Positions 1 through 11,895 of a DNA stretch of 64,000 nt are shown here, one piece after another. Made by a program: the position numbers and the translations under genes. Source of the stretch: the human T2T-CHM13v2.0 reference genome, Homo sapiens; assembly GCF_009914755.1 (NCBI RefSeq), contig NC_060931.1; one strand, given 5' to 3'. How positions within the stretch are numbered: the first letter of the stretch is position 1; every line of letters begins with the position of its first letter. The notes under the pieces are model-generated. The model was not told the DNA's origin and ran no database searches. It saw nothing but the letters and a program-made list of their open reading frames with translations.

Positions 1-637
1 TAGAAAGACAAATTGATTTCAGGTTATCCTCCTAGAGAATCTTTAATCATCGGAGCACCCCGACAGTGGGATGGAGGTAATGAGCATTCCGTTCCCAGAA
101 GCCTCAAAACAAAGTGAGGTATTGTTCTCCGGAATGTGACAGAGGGGTTCCCGCAGCCGTGTGATCGGAAGAGGCGTGCTCTAGTCAGTGGTGCTGTGGT
201 TCTGTGCATGATACAATTCTCCACCACTTTCTTCGGCTTCCCAGCGCTCTGTTTGGAAGAGTGCCCTGGGATCCCATTGAACCAGAAACCATTTTGATAA
301 AGATCATTTTGCTAAAGATGAGTCTTCACCATGTGGAGCACTGGCTGTAAACAGGAACCTTGAAATAACCCTTTCTCACTGGGCAGCATCTGTCGGTGTT
401 TGGAGTAAGACTCTTCAGTTTGTCTTCTCAACTGAAGGAAAACCTAGGAAGTTTGAAGTGTATTTACAGAACTATAAAAATGATAAAATTGAAAATGTAA
501 AAAGTCTATAGAAACAGATATTTTAAGTTGAATAAAATAAGTAATCCTTAATAGTTTTCAGCACTGAGCAGTTACTGTATACATGACTATTCAAGCAAGT
601 ATTCTCTGTTCTTCTGGAGGAAAAATTATAAGGGAAA

Positions 638-753
638 TTATAACCTATAGGTTATGAGTAGTGTGTCTTCTCTCTGAACTCCTTAGCGCTATACCAAGAT
701 ACAATCCAAGTTCTTGAAATTCTATCAAATCCACAAAATATGTAATAAAAGGA
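638..753. repeat. Local dispersed duplication (copies of 2529-2549 and 2151-2243)
   Basis: 661-753 vs 2151-2243: 4 mismatches in 93 bp. 643-663 vs 2529-2549: 1 mismatch in 21 bp. Confidence 0.95.
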
Positions 754-2993
754 TTACATATGGGATTCTGCATGAGAATTTGGAGTTAGATATTAGGAAG
801 ATCTTCCTAACTAGATAAACTAAAATGTAAGTAATTTTAGAAAAGGGAGGGGTAAATTTCAAAGGAAGAGTCTAGGTCTGTGATTCTGGAATAAGTGGAA
901 TAGACCAGGACTTCCTAATCAGTATTTAGTATCAGTAATTGTTATTGCTAGTATTGTATTAATAGTATAATCAATTAAAAATATTATCCATTGGTATTCT
1001 TTAAAAACAATTAAAGGTTCCATATTCAAATACATTTGAGAACTCTAGTTAAACAGATAAGTTTCTTGAAGTTCCTGATATTCTCATGTTGGTTACATAG
1101 TACTTCCCAAGTGGGTATTACAACATGTGATTCCAATCTAATTATAATGAAACTAGAATTTGTTATTTGGATTCATGCTCAACATATTCTTATGTGTGTA
1201 TCTCAAAGGCAGCTAGTGTAACTTGTTTATATGAACCAACTCAACTTTTCATTAAAAAGACTATCATAAAATTGTTTTAGTGTAAACCAACTGTCCAATT
1301 ACTAGATATCTGTCATTTATTTCAGTATATGTTTCATTTGCAATAAAATTTTGGTATATTGGGTTACCACTGCACTAAAAAAAAAAAAAAATCCTACTAT
1401 CCCACATTTCGTCAGGATAATTATAATCTCTTCAATCTCTGCTTCTCTTTGTTGCCTGCCCAAAGATACTGGACTTGGAAGTCAAATAATCATAGGTTCA
1501 AGGGCTCATTCCGATGCTCACCAGCTATGTTTGCTTGAGTAACCCACTAAACCTTATGCACTGCATCTTGGAGCCATCTTCCTGGGTGACCCTGGGCTTC
1601 TGTTTCTCAGTGGTGAAGGGCGACCCAATGAATGTCAGCTCTCCTACACTTCCAGGGTATATGTGTTTGAGCACAGAGTAGTTCCGTATGTATACCCAGG
1701 GCCAGATTTAAGGCTCTATCCAATTTCATTGGAATGGAGTTGATGGATGCCTACATGAAATCAGCTGTCTTGGCAGTGGCTCAAGTAGAAGTGAGTAAGA
1801 GCTTTCCAGCACAGCATGGGTGGTAAGAGAAATGAGGAAACAGATCATTAAGGAGTTTAGACACAAATAGTACAGCAACATCCTGAGAATAAGAGTTGAA
1901 GGAAAGATGTTTAAGTTTAATTTTTAGAATATGCATTGGGTATCTCTTCTTCTCATTTATTCAGACTAATTGCAATGTTATATCATTTCCCAGTTGTTTG
2001 GCATAGACTAATTTAATTTGTCCATTTTTATATTGTCAGATACTCAAAGACAGGGACAGGTCTTTTTATCTCCTATCTGTCCCCACCTCAGAGGACCCAG
2101 CACAGGGTGATCTGCGTACATTTAGTACTGAGCAAATATATTTGTGGTGTGTGTATATTCTCTCCGAACCCCTTAGCGCTATACCAAGATACAATCCAAG
2201 TTCTTGAAATTCTATCAAATCCACAAAATATGTAATAAAAGGAAAATACCTCAGTTGTGAAATATCCTAATAACGTTCCATGTTTATTCTAGAAATGTGG
2301 GATCATGCTAATTAGCATGCTTTTTCCTACTAAACTCTTCTAATATTACTAAATGTATAGCTTGGCTAGCATCCTTGAACATACACAAGTTAGCTCATCT
2401 TAACTATGCCAACCCTATGTTTTTTTGAGAGCTTTAAAAGTAGCCTTTAAAAAGGTGTTTGAAATATCAATTATCAAGTAAATTTGAGAAACAGCAAACC
2501 CAATTTTCCACTTTTTCAAGCCTCAGACACCTATAGGTTATAAGTAGTGCATCTGGAATGTTGAAAATAATAAACAGTATTGTGTTTGTATTTATGTGGC
2601 ACCAGCATTATAGTTTGCAATGTGTGCTTATTTACACCACCTTATTTTATCTCAAAAGATCATTCCTGCTCCAAAGAGACAACATGTGCTAAATGAGTTT
2701 TATTTTATTTTATACATAAAATTTCATAACATTTCTCAGTGTACACTTCCTGAATATTCTCTTGAAATTAAGTTAGACATTGGAGAAATAGCAATTTTTT
2801 ATTTTTAATTTGAAAACTGTATTAACTATACTAATAAAGAAAAATTGCCTTAAAACAAATGTATCTAATTAGAGCAGCCATGCTTTTTTATATTGAGATA
2901 TATTTGACAAATATGAAACATTTCCAAATCTCTTTGGGGAGAGGGAAAAAGAATGTAAAATGCATTATCTAAGATCATTTAAAAATATTAATA

Positions 2994-3120
2994 CTTTTTC
3001 CTACTAAACTATTTTAATATTACTAAATGTATAGCTTGGCTAGCATCCTTGAACATACACAAATTAGCTCATCTTAACTATGCCAACCCTATGTATTATT
3101 GAGAGCCTAAAAAGTAGCCT
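2994..3120. repeat. Local duplication of 2320-2446 flanked by a 27-bp direct repeat
   Basis: 7 mismatches in 127 bp; flanks at 2966-2992 and 3129-3155. Confidence 0.95.
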
Positions 3121-3452
3121 AGTATTAATATCTTAGATCATTTAAAAATATTAATTTCAAAGACCTAAGAGAAAAATATTCTTCCTTGAAGAATCATTTC
3201 TGAAAGAGTCACTGAAGATTTGTGAGGAATTTCATTGCAATATTTAAAGGAGTTAGTTGAAATGATTGTTCTTAGTCAGATCATTGCCAGTGGAACATCA
3301 TTCTGGTCCAAATGAAATTCTGTCCAAAATCTGGTCAGATTTTAAGATTTTTTTCCTAAAATCCCAATCACACAGTCATTCAGTCAGTAAAATGGGTTGA
3401 TACACTGATCTGTTTATAAACTGTTCATATAACTGAAACACATAAACCAATC

Positions 3453-3690
3453 CGTTTTAGTTACTTGCCACTGCATAGCAAATTATCCCCAAACATAGCA
3501 GCTTAAGACAAACAACATGTATCATCCCAGTTTCTGCTGGTCGGAAATCTGGGCTCAAGTTAGCAGGATCCTTGCACTCAGGGTCTTCTATAAAGAAGAC
3601 TGTGGTCAAGGTGACATCCGGGCTGCAGTTGCATCTGAGAGCTCACCTGGGGAGGAGTCTGCTTCCAAGCTCAGGGCATGGGTGTTGACA
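3453..3690 (-). mobile_element. MLT1-family (ERVL-MaLR) LTR fragment
   Basis: ctgcatagcaaattatccccaaac...gcttaagacaa...gggctgcagt...ggagtctgcttccaagctc are MLT1 hallmark motifs. Confidence 0.7.
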
Positions 3691-4140
3691 GGGCCCAAAT
3701 GCCATCCTTAGAGATGGGTTCTGCTCAGTCCTGAGAGAAGATGGTTTGCTGCTGAGCTTTTCATGGCAGGAATTGGAAGCAGTTTTCATATTTGATAAAT
3801 TTCTACTATTTTCCTGCCATCGTGGTGAGTTGATAGAGCCCATTTTGCTCTCTAAGGGACTGTGAAATTTATAATTCATATAAAGCTTGAAGAACACCCT
3901 GATGTGGATAATCCTGATCAAACCTGCTTGGTGAGGTGAACCCCAACTATATCCCAGAATCTTCTATGCACCCATCTGGTCGAGTTACCTATTTATCTAT
4001 ATCTTAATTAATTTTAAAAAATAACTTGAGGCTTTATAAATGTAATATAAGGGATTGGGCTATAAATTATTGAACCCATATTGTGGACTAAATTATAACT
4101 GCTGGAAATCAATTCAGGTAATTCTGAGTATACGAGTTTC

Positions 4141-4624
<484 letters not shown>

Positions 4625-5723
4625 AATTCTGAGTATATGAGTTTCTTTGTTGCAAGAAATATAGCTATTGTTATAATATGGTTCTGATGTTTACTGCCAT
4701 CCCTTCTTCATTACAAGAAGGGATGAAATCTTCGTCCAGGAGTGGCTAAGGGAATTGTGTTTCTTGATTCTCGTGCTCTTGGACTGGTTCTTTCTGCACT
4801 GTCTACAGAGCCTTTCCTGGGCCCACCTCTGGGAACCAGTTGATCCAAGCGTTTTCTGCTGGACGAAGGCCTTGCACATTCTCATGTGTGGGGGCTGCTA
4901 TCAGAATTGCAGGGAGCTCTCTGTCTCCCTCTGCAGTGGCCTCAGAGGGCAAACTGAAGAGCAGGGCCTGCGTGTGCCATTTCTACCACACCTGCCGCCC
5001 TTTCTGCATCAGCCCAGTAGCTGCTGCAGCAGCAGGAGGCGAGTCTCACCTTCAGCACGTTCTCCTTCTGAGAAGGCAGTGGATGAACAGCCTGTCCACC
5101 ACCCACTGAGACCAGAAGCTGCCCCTTCACTGCCTGGAAGTGCATCCTGCACCCATCAGCATCACTCCAAGCCCTTTTATCCCGGGATGAATTCCCGTGT
5201 CTCAATCCCAACCATCTTTCCTTTGCGACCGAATTTATAAATAATGGTCCAGATTGTTTTGTCAGCATCTTGCCTGACATGTTACTCTTAGCCGATATAA
5301 GGCCAACTTCTCTGTGACTCTTACTACATGAGATTATCAAAAATGGTCATCACTGATTTTTGAAATGTGTGTTTTCACATAGCTCTTAGCACAATGCGTG
5401 CAGTTTCATAATACTGTGAAAATCAAATCATATATCCACGTTCTTGGGAAACTGTTTAAAGGCTAAGCCTGTGTAAGCAGTGTAAGATAATGCTGATGTG
5501 GGCTCCTGTCCCTTGTAGACTGCTGCCTCCTGTTGTGAATCTGACCAGCAGCCTCAGAGGAAAGAGATTGTTTCTGTTGTGGAAGGCCACTGGCTGCTGT
5601 TGGTTTCCATCTGTTTTTGAAATTATAGATTTTTAGGGTGTTTTGTTGTATTGTTTTGACACAGAACTGGCTCAAAACTAACAATTATTTTCTTGTTTGT
5701 TTTTTATTTTTATTTTTACTCAG

Positions 5724-5818
5724 GTTTTGGAGCTAAATGTAAAAGCACAAGCTTAGGCATAGAAAAAATGTAGCCCAAACAATGGTTCTTTTCTCAACAA
5801 AATGCAAACTTTGTTAAG
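5724..5818 (+). other. Candidate 95-nt cryptic exon next to the UG repeat
   Basis: ACTAAC branch point at 5677-5682, AG-free U tract, CAG|G at 5723/5724, AAG|GTAATG at 5818/5819. Confidence 0.45.
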
Positions 5819-5825
5819 GTAATGC

Positions 5826-7470
5826 TGTGCGTGTGTGTGTGTGTATGTGTGTGGGGTCTGTGTGTGTGGCGTGTGTGTGGTGTGGTGTGTATGTGTGGTG
5901 TGTGTGTATGTGTGTGGGGTCTGTGTGTGTGGCGTATGTGTGTGTATGTGTGTGGTGTGCTGTGTATGTGTGTGTGGTTTGTGTGTGGTATGTGTATATG
6001 TGTGTGTTGTGTATGTGTGTGTATGTGGTGTGTGTATGTGTGTGGTGTGTGTATGTGTGGTGTGTATATGTGTGGTGTGTGTGTATGTGTGTGGTGTGTG
6101 TGTGGTACGTGTATATGTGTGTGGTGTGTGTATGTGTATGTGGTGTGTGTATGTGTGGTGTGGTGTATATGTGTGGTGTGTATGGTGTGGTGTGTGTGTG
6201 GTATGTGTATAAGTGTGTGGTGTGTGTGTATGTGTGTGGGAGTGTATGTGAGTTTGGGGTGTATGTGTGTGGTGTGTGTGTGTGGTGTGTGTGGTGTAGT
6301 GTTTGTGTATGTGTGTGGTGTGTGTGGTATATGTATATGTGTGTGGTGTGTGTGTATGTGTGTGTGGGGTGTACGTGTGTGGTGTGTGTATGTGTGTTGT
6401 GTGTGTATATGTGTGTGGTGCATATGTGTGTGTGTGTGGTGTGTGTTTGTGTGTGTGATGTGTTTGTGTGGTGTGTGGGGTGTACGTGTGTGATGTGTGT
6501 GGTGTGTGTGTTTGTGTGTTGTGTGTGTGTGGTGTGTGTATATGTGTGGTGTGCGTGTGTGTATGTGTTTGGTGTATGTGTGTTGTGTGTGTGTGATGTG
6601 TGTTTTTGTGTGGTGTGTGGTGTGCTGTGTGTGTATATGTGTGGGGTGTGTGTGTTTGTGGGTGGTGTATGTGTGTGGTGTGTGTGGTGTGGTGTGTGTG
6701 GTGTGTTTGGTGTGTTGTGTGTATGTGTGTGATGTGCGTGTGGTGTGTATGCTGTTTGTGTGTGTGTGGTGTGTGTGTGGTATGTGTATGTGTGTGTGGT
6801 CTGTGTGTATGTGTGTGGGGGGGTATATGTGTGTGGTGTGTGTGGTGTCTGTGGTGTGTGTGTGGTGTGGTGTGTGTGTGGTGTTTGGTGTGTGTGGTGT
6901 GTATGTGGTATGTGTATGTATGTGGTGTGTATGTGTGTGGGGGGTGTATGTGTGTGGTGTGTGTATGTGTGTGTGGTGTGTGTATGTGTGTGTGGTGTGT
7001 GTGTGATGTGTGTGTATGTGTGTGATGTGTGTGTAGTGTGTGTGTGGTGTTTGTGTATGTGTGTGTGGTGTGTATGTGTGTGGTGTGTGTATGTGTGTGA
7101 GCGGGTGTATGTGTGTGGTGTGTGTGTGGTGTGTGTTTGTGTGGTGTGTGTGTGGTGTGTGTATGTGCGTAGTGTATGTGGTGTGTGTGGTGTGTTTATT
7201 TGTGTGTGGTATATGTGTATGTGTGAGCGGGTGTATGTGTGTGGTGTGTGTATGTGTGTGTGGTGTGTGTGTGGTGTGTGTGGTGTGTTTTTGTGTGGTG
7301 TGTGTGTATGTGTGTGGTGTGTGTGGTGTGTGTATGTGGTGTTTGTGTATGTGGTGTGTTGTGTGTATGTGGTATGTGTATGTGTGTGTGGTGTGTATGT
7401 ATGTGTGGTGTGTGTATGTATGTGTGGTGTGTGTATCTGTGTGTTTGTGTGTGTAGTGTGTGTGTGTGTT
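5826..7470. repeat. ~1.65-kb degenerate (TG)n/GTGTG-GTAT compound tandem repeat
   Basis: Directly visible. It gives rise to the poly-CV and poly-HT ORFs. Confidence 0.98.
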
Positions 7471-10400
7471 GTTCTGGCTAGTGGGGGAATTGGAGGATTT
7501 TACTTACCTGCAGCATTCCAGCGGATCTACAGGTTTTGAGGTTTCAGGATCGATTCTTTCGTGTATAGCTTTTGCAGAGCATGTGAAATATTTATTTGTC
7601 TCATGCAGGGCTACAAAAAGAGGCTTTTGCACACATCCCCAGACAGGGGGAAGTCCTAATGAGACCATGCATTCCAGGCCGGCCCGCAGTGGAGGGGTTG
7701 TCATAAGTGGCAGTTTGTGTCCATGATTTGAGGAGCACAGAAAACACCTCCCCTACCATCACCCCACACAGGGACACCGCTGTGAGTCACCTTCTAATTG
7801 GTCTCTCTACTTCCCCGTGCCCCCATCCCGCTGGTCTGCACAGCGTGGCCACAGTGATCTTTTGACGGGTAAATCAGGGCGCATCTCCGTCTGCGTCCAC
7901 CGCTGCATAATAGTGATGGACGCTCACTCCCTGCAGAGGCCCGAGGCCACGAGACCTGACCCCACACTCCACACTCCACACTCTGCCCAACCACGATGAC
8001 CTTTCTGTGTAACTCAGTGCTCCTGAGTCCCTTCCAAATTCAGGGCCTTTGAACTCATGGTGCCTTCTCCCCCTAGAACATTCAGACCTATAGGGAAACA
8101 CACATGCCTTTTGTAGTAGAAAGGGAGGAAATAGCTGAAAATGTAGGTAGCTTTGTTTCTAGGCCTAGTGAAAGAATCACTGAGTTCCTTTCAATGCATT
8201 ATTTTATTATTCCCCCCAAATTTTGAGATACGGTCACTTGTTGAGAGTGATGGTGGAGGAGTGGGCCAGTTTGAGGGAGTGTGATCTGGAGACAGAATGC
8301 AAGAGCGGTCTCAGCAGGCCGGGCACAGCCCCTGTGGATGGATGCGCGGGAAATACCAGGCTCTTGGGGGAGGAGGCTGCTCACTATCTCCCCTGAGTAT
8401 TCAGCACCCACGACCTGCACGGAGACCCTGGTAGGTGTCCCCTGGGGCTAGGAATTTGGCAAGTAAGAGAGATCAGGTATTTTCAGAGGAGTGGTGATTG
8501 CCACAGGCCTCAGAAACACCGGGTCTGGGAAGAGTGAAGCCAAGAGGAGCCAGAGGTAGAAAATGGTGGTGTTGATGGATTAGCAGTGTTGAGTTGGGTC
8601 AGAAGTCCAAGGTGGTGGTTGTGCAAAGGCAGTGGAAGGGTAGAGTGGGGATATCAGAAGGTAAGTGCAGCTAGGTTCCTGTGATGATGGGATTCATAGG
8701 AGAAGTGAAAATATGAAGGACGGGTCAAGGGCTGACAGGTTTGAACAAGGCGTAGTTTGGGGGAGGATGACCTGGAAGACACTCAGTGGTGCTTTAGGAG
8801 GGGGACAGAGAGCCTCAGAGATCCCAGGGACTCACAGGAGGAGGAGGAGGAAAGATTCGGGGAGGGTCGTGGGGAAGGACCCCCCTGTCCATCTTGCAGC
8901 GTTTAGAACATGGGAGGGTGGGATTAGAAAGAGCCTGCATGGAAGAGAGGAAGCCGAGACCCCTGAGAGCCAGGCCTGTGCAGGTGGGAGCTGGAAGGGG
9001 ACAAACTCCAGGAGAGACTGCTGGTGCAGGAGCAGCTGGCTGATCAAAGGGCAGATGTTTCAGGGAACACCGTGGAAGTTTAGACAGCCAGGGGCAGGTC
9101 AAGGATTAGGTCCTCCAAAGCCGTGTGGGGTGTCTGTGAAGAGCACTGTTGCTTGGCCTCCTGCAGTGATAATGTAGTAATAATAAGTTCTGAAGACCAC
9201 CCACCAGCTTGCCAAGGGGATCTGACTCTTCTCCATGAACCAGTGACATGCCTGTAATTGGTAAGAAAAGAAGTGAAGAAATGTAAATGAAGAGAGAGTG
9301 GGTTTGCTGAGTGAGATGTGAGATAGAGAACACTCGATTGCTTTCATTAGGAATGGCCATCATTGTAATGTAGTGAGGGGAGAATGACTCAAGTACTTCT
9401 GGAAGGACTGGTTCTTCAATTCCGACGTAGCTGGCCATTATCGTAGCTCATTAGTGGCAATTACTTTCAGAGACTCAAAAGCAATTAATATAGACCCAGT
9501 TACTCAGGCCTTCTGAACAACAATTAAGGCATAGAGAGTTTTAGTGTGGATCATTATCTCTACTTGATGGTTACAGCATTTTTAAACTACGACAAACTGT
9601 ACAGATTAATCATTGTTGTGTGTTACGACCAATTCCATTTGTGATTTAGGGCTCCAACTGCTGTGGAGAAGATAATTTCACAACATGTTAACTTAAGATG
9701 CCAGCCATAGCATTACCAGTAATATCACACGCATTGCCCTTTTAGCACAGGGTTAAAATTAGAAAACCATTTCTTGAAACAGGTTAGGACATGCTTTTGC
9801 TTGTCTTCTGCTCAACTAAAATTATTGTTTTTATGATGCCAAATAGACTTTCCAGAATGTCATTGTCAAAAGTTTATGGTGTTCCCGCTTCTCTCTTGGT
9901 GTTTTTCACAGTAAGGCAACTCATCATTGCCGAGCCTGGCGACGCTCTCCATGCACAGCATAGCAAGTGCCTGGGAATTTTGTAGTTTTCACAAACAATA
10001 GGTTTTCATTTTCTAATGTTCTTTTTCCCACTGTATCAGGTTGCTTTAGTCTTGAGAGTTTATGATAGATGGAAGTTTGAGCATTGAGAGAACCTTGGGT
10101 ACCGTCCTGGCAGGCTGCGTGCAAGAGTAAGCAGGGGCTATTCGGGCTTGGCAGGCTTTGGTGAGGCATCAGCTGTGACTGTGCTTTGGGCCAAGTCCAT
10201 AACCACAGTTTTGGAATCTGTAGAAATTAATGAGTGCAAGTGGTGAGTTGCTTGAACAGTTCCCAAATTGGGTGCCGCCTTGGGTCTCTCAGTGACTTGC
10301 CTCTAGTGGACGGTGGTGCCAATTTAACAGACACCAGAGTGTCTGGGTTTGTATGATTTCTCTTGAGTGTGTGTGCCTGTCCGTGAGGGTAGGTGTGCAT

Positions 10401-10688
10401 ATGTGTGCACAAAGGGAGTAAGTAGTAAGTACTTTCTCACTAAAAGTGGGAGATGAAGGGGAGGAGGAACATGCAGGGTTATTCTTCCAATGGCACTGCA
10501 ATCTGCTGTATAATTCAGAAATCATAAACTGGAAAAATAGCCATTCTTTTAAGTAGAAGGAGCGTAACAGTGGCTAGGCATCACTCCATAATCTAGCTCT
10601 CCACCTGAGCAACACGTGCAGAGCTTCAAGAGGCTCTGAATTCTTTCTGGCTGCCAGAGATAACCAATTATACAAAGAAGAAAAATCT

Positions 10689-11047
<359 letters not shown>

Positions 11048-11756
11048 TCATGAGGAGATTCGGTAGGTATCTAGCTCTGATTAAATGATTTATTAGAAAT
11101 AAGAATTAGTGAAATCAACCACTTTTTAAGTTACAAAATATTACAATGATCAGTTTTAACCTCACCCCCTGCCCTGAATGAACTAATTGTTTTTCTTAGA
11201 GCCAGGTAAGGGCCTGCCATTGGCAAGCTTGCACCTTGAGTTAGGGTTAGAGTTGTCATGAGTCAAATGCCAGCCATGTCCTCTTCTGCCCCCCATGGGG
11301 GGGCCCAAAGTGCAGGAGTGACAGAGAGGAACAGAGGCAGATGGGCAGCAGGGAGATGGACTGGCAGGTACCTGTGTCCTCACAGGTAATTACGTGTCAT
11401 TCCCTCTGGATGGTTTCTGAACTGTGGGAACTCCCCCATGTGCATTGATGGGAGAAGAGCCAGGCAGAGACACGGTAAGGAGGGCAAGTTATCCATGTGA
11501 CCTTAGGGATACTTGGGGCAAAAGTAGGCTAACCTCCGTGCACACCCTGGAACAAAATCTTTAAAAGAGAGAGCACAAAAGAGAGAGAGAGAGCACTTTG
11601 CCCGGAATGAGCCCCATAATCAGACACCACATCTCCCAAATTAGCAGCACCCTTGGTTTCTGGGCAGGCTGAGTTTCCCGCGCGTCGGAGGGGATAGGAT
11701 GTAGCGGTGAATAACAGTAAGACTCCAAAATCAAGTGGGTATGTCTGATGATCTGC

Positions 11757-11768
11757 CTCTCTCTCCCC

Positions 11769-11799
<31 letters not shown>

Positions 11800-11895
11800 G
11801 CACACATACTCTCCCTCCCCCTTACACACACACACATACTCTCCCTCCCCCTTATACACACACACATGCACACACACATTAACACACACACACAT
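11757..11895. repeat. Compound (CA)n repeat with a ~30-bp higher-order unit
   Basis: ctc(c)ctcccccttacacac... occurs three times. Confidence 0.9.

Noticed and set aside
5050-5067. Possible 18-nt minus-strand microexon (cag|AAGGAGAACGTGCTGAAG|gtgaga, KENVLK)
   Set aside because: Short pyrimidine tract, no partner coding exons on that strand, and compatible with chance.
5794-7539. Long ORFs (209-301 aa) of poly-CV or poly-HT
   Set aside because: Artefacts of a stop-poor TG repeat; no coding signal.
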